Shown here in pieces: positions 13,299 to 26,974 of a DNA stretch of 64,000 nucleotides. Each line of letters starts with the position of its first letter. Positions within the stretch are counted from its first letter, which is position 1. The stretch comes from Lama glama. Its lineage: Eukaryota. The stretch spans positions 4,342,001-4,406,000 of the forward strand of contig CM052818.1 in the NCBI GenBank assembly GCA_028534125.1, given 5' to 3'. The notes under the pieces were generated by a model. That model was not told where the DNA came from and did not search any database. It saw nothing but the letters and a program-made list of their open reading frames with translations. The translations under genes were made by a program, and so were the position numbers.

Positions 13299-14336
13299 CA
13301 GTTGGCCCTCCAAATCTACGGGTTCCAAATCTGAGGATTCAACCAAGCACAGAAAGAAAATATTCAGAAAAAAAATTTCCAGAAATTTCCAAAAAGTAAA
13401 ATTTGCTTTGCTGAGTGCTTACATAGCATTTATATTGTTTTTTTAACATTTTTATTGAGTTATAGTCATTTTACAATGTTGTGTCAAGTTCCAGTTTAGA
13501 GCACAATTTTTCAGTTGTACATGAATGTACATACATTCATTGTCACATTCTCTTTTGATGTGAGCCACCACAAGATCCTGTATATATTTCCCTGTGCTAC
13601 ACAGTACAATCTTGTGTATCTATTCTACATTTTGAAATCCCAGTGTGTCACTTCCCACCCCTGGCCCCTTGGCAACCACAAGTTTGTATTCTATGGCTAT
13701 GAGTCTGTTTCTGTTTTGTATTTATGTGTTTTTTGGCTTTGGGGTTTTTTTTTTTTTTAGATTCTGCATATGAGTGATCTCATATGGTGTTTTTCTTTCT
13801 CTTTCTGGCTTACTTCACTTAGAATGACATTCTCCAGGAGTATCCATATTGCTGCAAATGACGTTATGTTGTCTGTTTTTATGGCTGAATAATATTCCAT
13901 TGTACAAATATACCACATCTTCTTTATCCAGTCATCTGTTGATGGACATTTAGGCTGTTTCCATGTCTTGGCTACTGTAAATAGTGCTGCTATGAACATT
14001 GGGGTGCAGGTGTCTTTTTGAAGTAGGGTTCCTTCTGGATATATGCCCAGGAGCAGGATTCCTGGGTCATATGGTAAGTCTATTCCTAGTCTTTTGAGGA
14101 ATCTGCATACTGTTTTCCATGGTGGCTGCACCAAACTGCATTCCCACCAGGAGCACTTATATTGTATTAGGTGTTATAAGTAATCTAGAGATGATCTAAA
14201 TTATAAGGGAAGATATGCATAGGTTATATGCAAATGACATGCCATGCCATCTTATATAAGGGACTTGACCATTTGCTAATTTTGGTATCTGAGAGGGTCC
14301 TGGAACCAGTCCCTTGTGGGTACCAAGGAACAACTG
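13299..14336. mobile_element. MER2/Tigger-type TcMar DNA transposon, split by an L1 insertion
   Basis: TA|cagttggccctcc ... ggaacaactg|TA gives terminal inverted repeats and a TA target duplication. Confidence 0.85.
13439..14151 (-). mobile_element. 5'-truncated, relatively young L1 (ORF2 C-terminus plus 3' UTR)
   Basis: ORF 13757-14134 (-) is the L1 ORF2 C-terminus ([14 protein letters not shown]...CTPMFIAALFTVAKTWKQPKCPS). 14-bp TSD agcatttatattgt (13425-13438) / agcacttatattgt (14152-14165). Confidence 0.93.
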
Positions 14337-16471
14337 TAATGAGAAGTTAGAAGGAAATCTAAATGTGCAAGAATAAAAAGTTGGTTAAATAAATTATAAA
14401 ACATGTATAGACTGAACTAAAGGCACTAGATAGAAATAAGTGGAAAAATTAGGACATGAACCAGTTCAAAAGTTTATGTGCTAATTTTTGCACAACAAAC
14501 TTGAAACTTTTTTATTAGTCTGAAAAGGTGTTGAGTTCTCTGATGATCTAGGTGCTGTGGAATAAACCGTCGAATTTTTTTAAATAGAAGAATAGTCAGT
14601 TTATGACGTTGTGTCAATTGTTGAATTTTTAAAAGAGCATGTTTGATAAAGGTCTAAAGATTTCGGTAGTAACAGGCATAGAGTGCTAGAGATTTTAGTG
14701 TATAGCTTCGGGGTCCAGATGAATAGCATTAACAAATGCCAAAGTGCCCTCCACTGTTGGTGTGGCTTCAGCTACCCTGAAGGCTCCAGAAGACTAAGCA
14801 CAGTTTTTCAGGGGCTCAAACCCACCAGCACTTCTGCTGGCAGCAGCCCCCTCACCTGGGCTCTGCAAAGAGGGGATGTGCTCTCAGTCCAGACATCAGC
14901 ATCCTCGGCGTCATGCATCCAGGATGCAGCAGCCATGGGCAGGCATCACCTGCTGCGGTGGCAGCAACAGGGGAAACCCATGGTAACTGATAGGGCTGTC
15001 CATGGGTCCACGTGAATCATCTCCTGCAGAATTTCCAAAATACACAGGGGACCAGGGAAGGGAGCCAGAGCTCCCATCACAGAAGGTATGTGCTGAGCTC
15101 GAGAAATACCATGTGCAACTGTCGTTGTGTAACTAGATTTTCCCCAGACATGCTCGGCTGGGGATACACAAGTTCTATATCTGCACCGCGGTCACTGGAT
15201 GCCAAGGGTATCTTCAATCTTCAGCTTGTTCAGACAAGTTCTTTCCTAAAATGGGCTTCTGAAGATACAGCTGCTTGAAGTTCCAGTTGTCACCCATCCT
15301 TCTTACATTTCCTGCCTGTGTCCAGATGAGCTAAGTGGCATTGAGTGTAGCTGAGGTCACTGAAGAGATTTTTAAATGAGCTATTTTAAAAGTTACTGAC
15401 ATCATCAGCTCAGAGCTGTTATTCCCAGGTCAGCACAACGTCGTCTCTGCGGCAGTGGCCACGGTGCAGAGTGATGTTACTGCCTGACTGCGCAGAACAG
15501 TGGTGGGTACCAGACCTGAGTGGGTGCCATGGGCAAGGTGAGATCTCGCACCCTCTAGCAGCTAACCTCCCATAACAGATGGAGGAAACTGTGTCCCAAG
15601 AGAATTTAAAGCAAATGAAGTATCGGATGATCATTTGATTCTGAAAATACTTGACACTTAAGAAATAATATGAATGATTCAGACTGACTTCTTATTTCTT
15701 TAGAAGACACCTTAGTCTCACTTATAGGGAAAAAAAGTTAAAATTTGGATTTGTTTAAATATTTAGCAAATAACTCTGGGAAGGAAAACCAGGTAACATC
15801 TAAGTTCCTTTCCAACACCTAGATTTTGTAATTCTGTGAAATGAGTAAGATTCAGTCACATTTGCCTTGTGTTTGTTTGTTGATAGTTTGATCTTTTTCA
15901 GGCCCTCAGTTTCTAGGATGTTAACAACAATAAAAAAAAGAGAAATAATTCACCTCTTCATGGGAAAGACGGATTGCAGTGCAGCTAAGGCTTGTGTTTA
16001 TCTTGCAAATGCCATCAACCATTTTTAAAATGGCAATGGTCCTTTACACTTTGATCAACATGAATCCATAAGAAGAAGAGCTAAGATTTATTGAATGCTT
16101 ACTATGTTTTTGCATTGTGCTACATCCTTCATTTATTTTAATCTTATCTAATCCTCCCAATCTAATGAACTATTATTATTACCCTTGATGTAATGTTGAG
16201 GCAGCAAGCACAGAGAAGTTAAATGACTTACCCAAGGCGGCTCAGGTCATAAGGACAATGGGCTGAGATTTGATCCAGGTCTGTCTCATTCCAGAGCCTG
16301 CATGCTCCGCACAACACCTGGCATACAGTCCCCTCTAAGCTCTGGCGCTTGGCAGCCAGGAGAAATCCATCATTAAATTCAAATCAACCCCCTCAAAAGA
16401 GCCACCATTTCAACATAAGAAAAAAAGCTTCACTGACTCTTCATTTTTAAAAAAAAATGCTGTGTATTTTT

Positions 16472-17641
16472 TATTGACGTATAGTTGATTTATAATGTTG
16501 TGTTAGTTTCTAGTGTACAGCATAGTGATTCAATTATATATATATTCCTCTTCATATTCTTTTTCATTATAGGCTATTATAAGATTTTGAATATAGTTCC
16601 CTGTGCTATACAGTAGATCCTTGTTGTTTCTACATTTTGTATATAGTCGTTTGTATCTGCTAATCCCAAACTCCTAATTTATCCCTCCCCCAACCTTTTT
16701 CTCTTTGGTAAACATAAGTTTGTTTTCTATGTCTGTGAATCTGTTTCTGTTTTGTAAATAAGTTCATTTGTGTCATCTTTTTAGGTTCACCATATAAATG
16801 ATACCATATGATATTCATCTTTCTCTGTCTGACTTACTTCACTTAGTATAATAATCTCTAGGTCCATCCACATTGCTGCAAATGGCATTATTTCATTCTT
16901 TTTATGGCTGTGTAGTATTCCATTGTGTATATATATATATGCCACATATTCTTTATCCATTCATCTGTCGATGGACATTTAGGTTGCTTCCATGACTTGG
17001 CTATTGTAAATAGTACTGCTATGAACACTGAGGTGCATGTATCTTTTCAAATTGGAGTTTTCTCCAGACATATGCCCAAGAGTGGGATTGCTGGTACAGT
17101 CAATTAATCTTTGACAGAGGAGGCTTTAATATACAATGGAGAAAAGACTGTCTCTTTGGCAAGTGATGCAGGGAAAAGCTAGACAGCTGTGTGTAAATCA
17201 ATGAAGTTAGAACACTCCCTCACACCATACACAAAAATAAACTCAAAATAGCTTAAAGACATAAACATAAGACAGGGCACCATAAATCTCCTAGAAGAGA
17301 ACATAGGCAAAACATCCTCTGACATAAATCCTAGCAGTGTTTTCCTAGGTCAGTCTACCAAGGCAACAGAAATAAAAGCCAAATTAATGGGACCTAATTA
17401 AACTTATAAGCTTTTGCGCAGCAAAGGAAACCATAAACAAAATGAAAAGACAGCCTAAGGAATGGGAGAAAATATTTGCAAATGGTGAGACTGACAAGGG
17501 CTTAACTTCCAGAATATACAAACAGCACAGACAACTCAATAACAAAAAAACAAACAACCCAATCAAAAAATGGGCAGAACAGTTAAACTGACATTTCTCC
17601 AATGAAGACATATAGGTGGTCAATAGGCACATGAAAAGTTA
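16472..17641 (-). mobile_element. L1 insertion with 5' inversion (3' part on - strand to about 17094; ORF2 part on + strand about 17095-17637)
   Basis: Strand switch at ...gggattgctgg|tacagtcaattaatctttgac...; flanking duplication ctgtgtattttt at 16460-16471 and 17642-17653. Confidence 0.88.
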
Positions 17642-17829
17642 CTGTGTATTTTTATATAGAAGTCACTGAATAAAATATCCCTGAAATAAATGCAATCTTG
17701 GATTTTGTAAAGAAATTTGTTAAAATCTCTCAACAAATCTGACGAAAGGAAGTAAGTGTTCACCTTCCAAAAGGTGTTAAAACAATAGGAGTTATAGATA
17801 AAACCCTGTCTTAGTCCAGAAAGAAAACT

Positions 17830-17834
<5 letters not shown>

Positions 17835-17861
<27 letters not shown>
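17835..17861. repeat. (CA)n microsatellite
   Basis: Direct inspection. Confidence 0.95.
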
Positions 17862-18039
17862 TAAAATCTCAGATGAATAGCCTTTAAACAGTTTTCCATG
17901 TAAATTATCTTCCATCACAGTGCTTAAGATAAAAGTTGAGTAGTGAAAATTTGAGGTCAGTCTTTGGCAAAGGCTTAAAGTGTGTATGTTCTAGGTGGCC
18001 AATTAAGAGCAGATACATATGCTCTGAAATAATATCAAG

Positions 18040-18740
18040 TTGTTATTCAATAAAACAAAGTGATGATAACCATATAGAAAAAACCAGATGTATTTAGATT
18101 CTGCATCTCACACCTTATATCAAAATAAATTCCAGATGGATTGAAAATGTAAATATTAAAAATTATATCAGAAAAGTTCTATCAGAAAATGTGAGTAAAA
18201 TTAGTTTTATAATCCCAGAGTGGTGATGCCGGAAGAAACTGATAAATTACAGGAAAGTTTAAAAACAAAAACAAAAATAAAACTATGAGAAAAGAACCAC
18301 AAAGCAAAAAGACAAGAGTCAAACTGAAAAATAAATGTGTTACACATTCTAGACAAAAGACTTATTCCCTTGATGCACTAAAAACTCACACAAAGAGAAA
18401 GACAATAGGAAATGGTCAGAGAACTTGAGCAGTTCACGGGAAAGGGAGTTGAAATGATTCTTAAACTTACGGGAAAATGCATGAACCTATTTGTGATAAA
18501 AGGAGTCACAAAAAGACAAATGAGACACTATTCTTTATGCATCAGATGGCTCTGATCAAAACCTAGATTGCACCCTGTGTTGAAGATGTGGGGAAATAGG
18601 TATGTGGCTGGAAGCAACGTATAGTAAACTCTACAGAAGGAAATTTGGCAATATTTATCAAAAATTATAAAAATCACATATCCTTTGGGTGCTTCTGAGC
18701 AGAAATCCTATGAATGTACTTACCTGTGTGCATAAAACAA
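18040..18740 (+). mobile_element. Old, degenerate L1 ORF2/3' fragment
   Basis: catctcacaccttatatcaaaataaattccagatggattgaaa..., ggaaatttggcaatatttatcaaaa resemble L1M ORF2. Confidence 0.7.
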
Positions 18741-20863
18741 ATGTACAAGGACTTCCCCCATCAAAGCATAAAGTAGTACCTTCCATTACTCTCCACTTCT
18801 TCCTTCTCACTGGTCATCACTTACCAATACTGTCCTTACGACGTTCTGTTTGTTTTGTCTGTCTCCCCCTCAAGAGTGTGCATGTGAGTACGAGGTGAGC
18901 AGCAGGCTTGCTTGAAAACATGACCCTGGGTTTGCTTTCTCAAAGCCCCTCTTCCTTGCATAAATGTGCACTATCACATACTACGTTTTTCTCATCTGTC
19001 TTGTTTACTGAGAAAGCAGTGAATGGGCGCTCAAGCCCTGGGGGAACATACTGGAGACAGGCGGGGGACTAGGGCATCACGTTCTCTGTTTCAAGCTGAA
19101 TCACACGTACCGTGACCTTGTTCGTGGAAGCTATGCTCGTGCTCCCTGCATGGAGTCGCTGGATCCCTGATGAGCCCCGAGATGCTTTGCGTGCTGCTCT
19201 CCATGACCCGTTTCCATATACAGAGAAAACTAAGCACCAGACTCAGTCCCATTGAGTCCTGCCAGTTGGATTGCCCGTCTGAACCTGGAGCTACTGCAGG
19301 GGACAGGACAAAGCACCGAAAGGCAGGCTGCATGCCCAGCATGTGCAGCAATGCCTGGCACACATTGAGAACGCTATCAATTGTATTTAAGTGATGAATG
19401 AATGGGTGAATGAATATATTGTTAAGTGGAACACAGCAGGGTACACAAGGGTGACACTGCACGTTATCATTTGTGTAAAGAGATCATACTGCTTGCATCT
19501 GCACAGGCTAACCCTGATCAAATGCACAAATAATTCACACCTCAATAGATGAATATCCCACTTCTGCATTTGATGGTTACAAGATTTTTTTACACAAGGA
19601 TGGAGATTCTTCTTGGATAACAGGTGTTGGTCTGCACTGCCATATTTATAAACACGTGAATGATTCATCAATGTTGTAAATCATAGGCAATGATTTTGAA
19701 CTAGAAAAGTATCAAACAGACATTACTGAAATAGCTCCATTGTCTGCTTTCAGAAGCATAGTGTTCTAGACGCTCTGAGGGACGCTCTCATGCCACACTG
19801 AGAAAAAAAAAAGGCCCTGGGCAAAGCTGGGAGTGGTAGACAGGAAACAGGCAGATATCAAGCAACATACGATCATACTGATCCCACCAGGACAGAAGGT
19901 TGGAAAGTGAGATTTCACAAATCGCAAAACAAAGTAACACAGCCGAAAGTAATTAATCATGTTGCTGTTCCCTGTGAAGTTGTTGACTATCCGTCCATAG
20001 GTTTTGAGGGAAGGGATGCTGGTTGAAAAATAACAAGTTTTAAGGAGTTTGTATTAAGCTTTCCGATCATAGATAACAACACACACACTCTGATTCTTTT
20101 CTTTTTGGGATTCTGTTGAAGTATTTCAGGACTAAGTGATATGATTGCTGGTATTTGCTTCAAAAATATGGGTGAGGTTGACTTGCAACAGGATAACCAT
20201 TGGCCATGAATTGATAACATTGAGGTTAGGTGATGAGTGCTGTCTGCTTTGTAATGTTTGAAATTTTCCATAATAAAAAGCTTTCTGAAATCAGTGCTAA
20301 GACCCTCTATGTTTAATGCCCGCAACACGACTTCTACTACGTCAGCTTGGTGAGAACAAATAATCTCAGGGCAGGCCTTGGATGGTAGAAAGGGCAGAAC
20401 ATGAAGGCATGCGATGTAAAAAAGAAACTGAAGGAAAGGGAGACTGAAAAGCTAATGGCCATCTTCAACTGCTGTATCTTATCAGTTCAGACGACAGCCC
20501 CTCCTGATCAACCCAGGTATCCAGGACCTGGCACCAAGCCACGCTGACAATAGTTTCTCCACTTACACGTGTGACTGAGAGGTGGCTGGAGCTCCACCCA
20601 GCTCCATGTTGTTCCTGCTGCCGTGACTGCCTGGTCCTTATTTTAGAGAGTGCGATTTCACAAATCGCAAAACCAATCTGTCCTGTCACAAACCCTGGCT
20701 AAATAGAACCTGGATCACCATGGCAACAGCCAAGGCAGGCAGTGCAGGACGGATGCTACTTTGTCACAGAGACAAAAAAGCTGGTGAAAAGCAGAAGTCA
20801 GAGAAAGCAGCCTGTGCATTCCTCCATATTCAGCCCAGATTTCTGTCTCCGCTCAACCCTCAT

Positions 20864-21387
20864 TGCCATCGAGTCCAAACACATTCTGCTCTCCTCAGGA
20901 CAGATCAATAAATCGGGAGACGAGGTGTTGGGGCAAGGAATAATGACTTTATTCAGAAAGCCAGCAGACCAAGAAGATGGATGGCAGACTAATGTCCTGG
21001 AGAGCCATCTTCCTCGAGTCAGAATTCAGGCTCCTTCTATACTAAAAGGGGAAGGAATGTGGTTGGTTGCTGCAAACTTCTTGGTGTCTGGATCCTTTGT
21101 TCTCGCAGCTGTCCACGTAGGTCAGGTCATGATGTTCCTGTAAAAACCTCCAGCAAGACAAACGGTATTCTCTGTTCTGCAACTTTTTATCTCCATAAGA
21201 ATAGAATAATGTTACACCTTTAAAGATCAGAGCATTGAGGATGGGCCATCCTGTCTATTTCAGGCTATAGGCAACATTCTTTGCAAAAGCTGCAGAACCA
21301 GCGTGACTAAGCACAGGGGACAGAGCACGGGGTTAGAGCTGGAGGAACAGATCTAATATGGAGTCAGATTTGTTCTTCCCTATTATA
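20864..21387 (-). mobile_element. ERV1-type solo LTR, same family as 54537-55052
   Basis: Collinear similarity with 54537-55052 along its whole length (e.g. gaggtgttggggcaag, agaattcaggct..tatactaaaagggga, tcctttgttct.gcagctgtcca); AATAAA on the - strand at 20948-20953. Confidence 0.8.
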
Positions 21388-22359
21388 CCACGGCCTCCTC
21401 TATATAACTACATTTATAAAGCAGCTAGTCTTTGCATTCAAGGAAAGTATCATTATCTCCATTTTACAGAAGGGAAAACTGAGGCTCAGAGAGAGGAAGA
21501 AAGTCTCTAAAGTCTAATCAGAGCCAAAGCGGAGACTGAAGCCCCCATCTGCCTAGTGCCAGGGCCCGTGCTCTCCCATCTCTGATCCTGTAGCATTCAG
21601 CATCTGAGAGCGCTCATCTAGAAATTATCCATGTAAACCGGTCAGTCATCACTTATAAAATGAACACAATGGACCATATCAAAAAGGCAAAGGTACACAT
21701 AAGAACTCATATTTCATTTCCCTCCTCTCCCAAATTTCAACCAAATAAGAGCATAACATTGGAATATAATAACAAGGGGGAAATCTCTTTCCATCATAGA
21801 AACCTGAGAAGAGACACATAAACAAAGAGCTGCATTAAGAGATGGACCAAGCAAGCAATATTCTAAGACATCAATCTATTTATTTAAATATCATCGGGCT
21901 AAATAAAAATTACACCGTTTCATTCAGGCCTCCTCATATAACTCCTCGAACAAAGAGTACAATGTAAATTAGTCTGGGTCAGGATCTATAATAAAAAAAA
22001 TCTTTTATCAAAACATTTTAAAATGTGGCGAAGAAAAGGATATTTACCATCACAAACTGGTTTCTAAGGAAGGAGTTTTTGTTTGTTGTTGATGTTATTT
22101 GGCGGACTTTGTTTGTTTAGGGGTTTTTTAGGTTTTGTTGAACACAAATGCAATTTTTATCTTCAGTCTAGTTGCCCTGTCATGCTTGAAGATAGAAATT
22201 AAGGGTATTCTGGGAGGAGCGCCATGACCGAGAGGCTACTACCAGCACAGAATACCCAGCGCTGACCACCATTGCAGCTGATGAATTCTCACCGTAGTTC
22301 AGTCTCTGTCTCATTCACTCAAGATTTAAATCCCAAAAAATGTTTAAATGATGTAAAAA

Positions 22360-22720
22360 GACCTATGCCTCACACTTTATGTTAAAATTAACTCAACATG
22401 GACAATAGCTCTAAATGCAAAGCCTAAAACTAGGAAACTTGCAGAAGAAACACAGGTAAAAAATTTGTGAGACCTTAGATTAGGCAAAGATTTCTTAGAT
22501 ATGACAGCAAATCATGACCCATAAGAAAAGTAAATTGGAGTTCTTCAAAATTAACAACGCTTCTCTTCAAAAGGCACCACTAAGGAAATGACAAAACAAG
22601 GCATATATGGGGAGAAAATATCTGCAGATAACAATTCTGTATTATATCTAGAATATATGAAGAACTCTCAGAATTTAGTAATAAAGAAAGCCAATACAGA
22701 AGCTGGGGGAAAAATTCACC
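22360..22720 (+). mobile_element. Old L1 ORF2 fragment
   Basis: cctcacactttatgttaaaattaactcaacatgga...ggcaaagatttcttagatatgaca. Confidence 0.75.
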
Positions 22721-22724
22721 ACTT

Positions 22725-23200
22725 TGTGGTAGGATGAGCAATGACCTCCCAAAGATGCCCACATCCTAGTCCCAGGTACCTGTGACTGGTACCACTACCT
22801 TACCTGGCAGAAGAAACTTTGTAAATGTGACTAAGGATCTTGGGATGGGAGGTTATCCTGAATTATTCAGTTATGCCCGATGTAATCCCAAGGGTCTTTA
22901 TAAAAGGGAGGCAGGAGGGTCAGAATCAGGAAAAGGCAATGTAATGACAGAAGCAGAGAGACAGGAAGATGCTATGCTGCTGGTTTTGAAGAAGGATGTT
23001 GTGGACACAAGCCAAGAGTACAGGCAGCCTCTAGAAGCTAGAAGAGACAAGGAAGGGTCCCTCCCAGAGTCGTCAGAAGAAACGCAGTCCTGTCAACACC
23101 TTATTTTATACTTTGACCTCCAAACTGTAAGATTATAAGTTTATATTGTTTGAAGCCACTAATTTTGTTATAATTTGTTACAACAGGAAAAAGAAAAAAA
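22725..23200 (+). mobile_element. MaLR LTR (MLT1D-like)
   Basis: tgtggtagg...cccaaagatgcccacatcctagtccc...gatgctatgctgctggttttgaag...tttgaagccactaattttgttataatttgttacaac. Confidence 0.8.
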
Positions 23201-23419
23201 ACACACACTTATATATGTACATGGATATATGTATATATACATATGCATATACGTAGGTACCTGCATATACATATATGCACACATATTCATTTTGTAATTT
23301 TTCTTTAAACTGTTTATATATTTTATGCACTACTCTGTGTGTATATATATATACACACACATATATGTATATATGTATACACACATCTTAAAGAAAAAGT
23401 TAAAATTTTTATATATATG

Positions 23420-25500
23420 CATAAAACATATAAACAGTTTAAAGAAAAATTACAAAGTGGATACTGTGTAACCACCATCCAAGTCAAGAAATAGAATATT
23501 TCCAGCAGCCTAGAAACCCCATATGCCCCTCCAGATCGTATCCTTCTCCTTTCTCCCAGAAATCACCGTGATCTTGACTGCACGATACATAACTTTCTTG
23601 TTTTCCTTTGTCATTTGTAATGCACGTGTAGAAGTGTGTTTCTAGCCAGTATAGTAACTTTGTCTTCTGAAATTTTTAATTGTGGTAAAATACAAGTAAC
23701 ATAAAAAGTAACATAAAACCCTCCATCTTAACTATTTCATTCACATGTTGTGCAACAGAGCTCCAGAATTTTTCATCTTGCAAAACTGAAGCTTTACACT
23801 CATTAAACAACTCGCATCCCCTCCTTCTCCCAACCCTTGCTAACCACCATGCTTTGTTTATATGATTTTGACTACTTTAAATAGCTCAGTAAGCGAAGTG
23901 ATACAATATTTGTCTTTTGTGTGACTAGTGTATTTCACATACCGTAATGCCCTCAAGGGTCATCTGTGTTGTGGAATGTGTCCGAATTTTCCTTTTTAAG
24001 GCTAAATATTATTCCACAGTATGTATAAATCACATTTTGCTTATCTAATTACCTGTCAGCAGGCATTTGGGCTGCTTTCACCTTTCGGCTCTGGTGACTA
24101 ATGCTGCTACAAACATGGTTGTACAATTATCTCTTCAAGACCCTGCTTTCAGTTCTTTTGGGTATAAACCCATTAGGGGTGTTACTGGGCCACATGGTAA
24201 TTTAATTCTATTTTAATTTCTTGAAGAGACACCATACAGTTTCCCATAGCATCTGCACCATTGTATACTCCTACAGGGTTCCAATCTCTCCACATCCTCT
24301 CCAACACTTGTTATTTCCTGTCCTTCTTTTTAAAATAGCAGTCACCATACTGGGTATCAGATGATATTGTGTTTCTGATTTGCATTTCTCTAATGATTAG
24401 TGATGTTGAGCATCTTTTCATATGTTTTTTGGTCATTTTTCTATCTTCTTTAAAGAAATGTTTATTCAAGCCATTTGCCCATTTTGTAATAGTTATTTGA
24501 GTTTTTGTTGTTGAGTTGTACAAGTTCTTTACATATCTTGAATATGAACCTCTATCACATATATGATTTACAAATATTTTCTCCCATTTCTTGAGCTGCC
24601 TTTTCATTCTGTTGACTGTGCCCTTTCACACAGAGAAGTTGTTAATTTTGGTGTAGTCCAATTAATCTATTTTTACTTTTACTGCCTCTGCTTTTGGTGT
24701 TATATTCAAGAAGTCATTGCCAAATCCAATGCTATAGAGCTTTTCCCCTAGGTTTTGTTCTAAGGATTCTATAGTTTTAGATCTTTACATTTAGATCTTT
24801 GACCCATTTTTAGTTAAATTTTTTATTGTGTCAGTTAAGAGTCCAACTTCATTCTTTCGCATGCGGATAACCAGTTTTCCTAACACCATTTGTTGTAGAC
24901 TGTTCTTCGCCCCACTGAAAAGCGTCTGAGTATATATGCAAGGGTTTATTTCTGGGCTCTCTATTCCATCCCATCTGTCTATACGTCTGTCTTTATGCCA
25001 GTACCACACGGTTTTGATTATTGTAGCTTAATTGTGCTTGTTTTAGAACTAGTTTAGAACTAGAACTTTTATTACAACCCTATTTGTATTCTTGAGGATC
25101 TTGTTTCTTTGTTTAGCACTGAGAGATACATTTACATTGTTGCAGAGTCAGCTTTTATTGAAGTATAATATTCTATTGTCCAAAGTGTATCCATTCTACT
25201 CCTGGTGAATATTTGATTCTTTCTCCAATTATTTTTTGGAAATGGATTGCTGCTACTTAGTCTCATTGAGTTTTAAATCCTTTTTCGTAGCCACACGGGT
25301 CTATTTTACAGTCGCTTGTGACCTACTACATCATTGTGATTTCACCTTTTGTTTCTTTAAGCATTTCATTCATGGCTATTTTATAGTGCCTGTCTGATAC
25401 TCTAATTTCTGAAGTTCTTGGTGGTCTAAATTTGTTGTTTATTGTTTGTGTGGAATCTCATTCTTTTCTCTTCTCTACGTGGGTTTGGTGATCTTTGACT
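23420..25500 (-). mobile_element. Nested antisense L1 fragments (younger piece about 23675-25030 inside an older L1M)
   Basis: ORFs 24311-24607 and 24791-25009 (-) are recognisable L1 ORF2 segments ([36 protein letters not shown]). Confidence 0.85.
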
Positions 25501-26974
25501 GTAAGCTGACATTTGGTTGAAATTCACCTGTTTAAAAAATCTGTGGTCCAAATTGAGGCTGCTTCCTCCAGATACAATTTCTATTCACATCTACAAGGAG
25601 CCTGGGACTGCTGCAAACCTGGAACAACTTTTAACCCATATTTGGAGCATCAGGAGTCCCAGGATCACCCCTTCCCCCCTCCCCCCACCTCCATCTCGCC
25701 CCTGATCTAACAGCTTTGTTTCTGGATTACAGGCCGGATACTGTACTTTCATTCGCCTCCTGTCCAAGTCTACCTTCTCAGAGGCATGAGATTCATTGGG
25801 ATTTTGGGTTTTTTCCTTTGGAAAATTCCCTATTTGCTGTGATACAAGCAATATAATAAAAAATTGTGTTTTATGTAAGTTCTAGGTGGTTTGTAAGTGG
25901 AGACTCTCTGGTCCACCATCACGGCAACAGCAGAAGACCTTCAGATGACGTTTTTTGGTAGGTTGGTAAGGCATTACAGTCTTGCTTGAGAACAATAAAA
26001 GTTATTCCACTAACCAAACCAGGCTTTGGTTTTCTTGAATACAGTAGACAAGAGCTGGACTGTCCTCGGCTGAGGACAAAAGCTGAATCTAGACCACAGA
26101 GGACTTGTAGTAATTTGGAGAAAAGGAAGACGAAAAAGGGGTACCTGGAAAGAGGAACCAATTCTACTGGGTGAGTTTGATTAAGTTTTTGCTGTTTGGT
26201 GAGGAATGTGACTCACAAATATGACCGTTTAAAAAAAATAATGTGAATTTGGATCTGTTTTGGAAGAAGTAATGAATGTCTGTGTTTGGCTCTGAGGCAG
26301 GTGAGAGTGAGAGACAGGATGTATTACCTACATTAGGTAATATCTGGAGAATGAAACTTATCTCAATCTTATTATTTTGGTCTCTTGCAGAAATGCCTTC
26401 ACTATATTAAGATGTCATGTAAGCTTCATAGTTTTATAGAATACTAATATAAGAAACTCAACGGAAGAACATTCTGTCTTTTGCAAAAACACATTTTAAG
26501 ATATGTATTAAATTCCTCAGTGTACCTTAAACAAGAACCCACACATACCAAATTTTTCCTTAAATTCAATGCCAGGAAAAACATTGTCTTTTTAGAAAAA
26601 TATGTTTGCTTCTTTTTATCAGACTAAATAACCCATATGTTTCCTGTCTCAACTTTTTTCATTAACCCCCCAAAAAGTCAGATCTAAACTAAGCTCACTT
26701 GTGGTAACCAGTGCATCCTCTGGTCTCACCTCTGTCTCTGATTCTGTTTGTAAAAGTAGTTTGATCATCCTGCCATATTGTATCATAAAAGTAATACATA
26801 CTCATTATTCATTGTAGGAAATATAGACACAAAAATATGGAAAAAAATCAACTGTTACTTCTGAAGCCTTAATGCACATTCCCCTGGTTATACCAGCCCC
26901 ACCCCCACCCCAGCTTTATTATTAATATTTGGCTGCCAGAAAGGAAAACTGACTCTGACTTACGCAGGGAAGGG

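Noticed and set aside
13757..14134. 125-aa ORF as a host gene
   Set aside because: It is the C-terminus of L1 ORF2 in a 5'-truncated copy.
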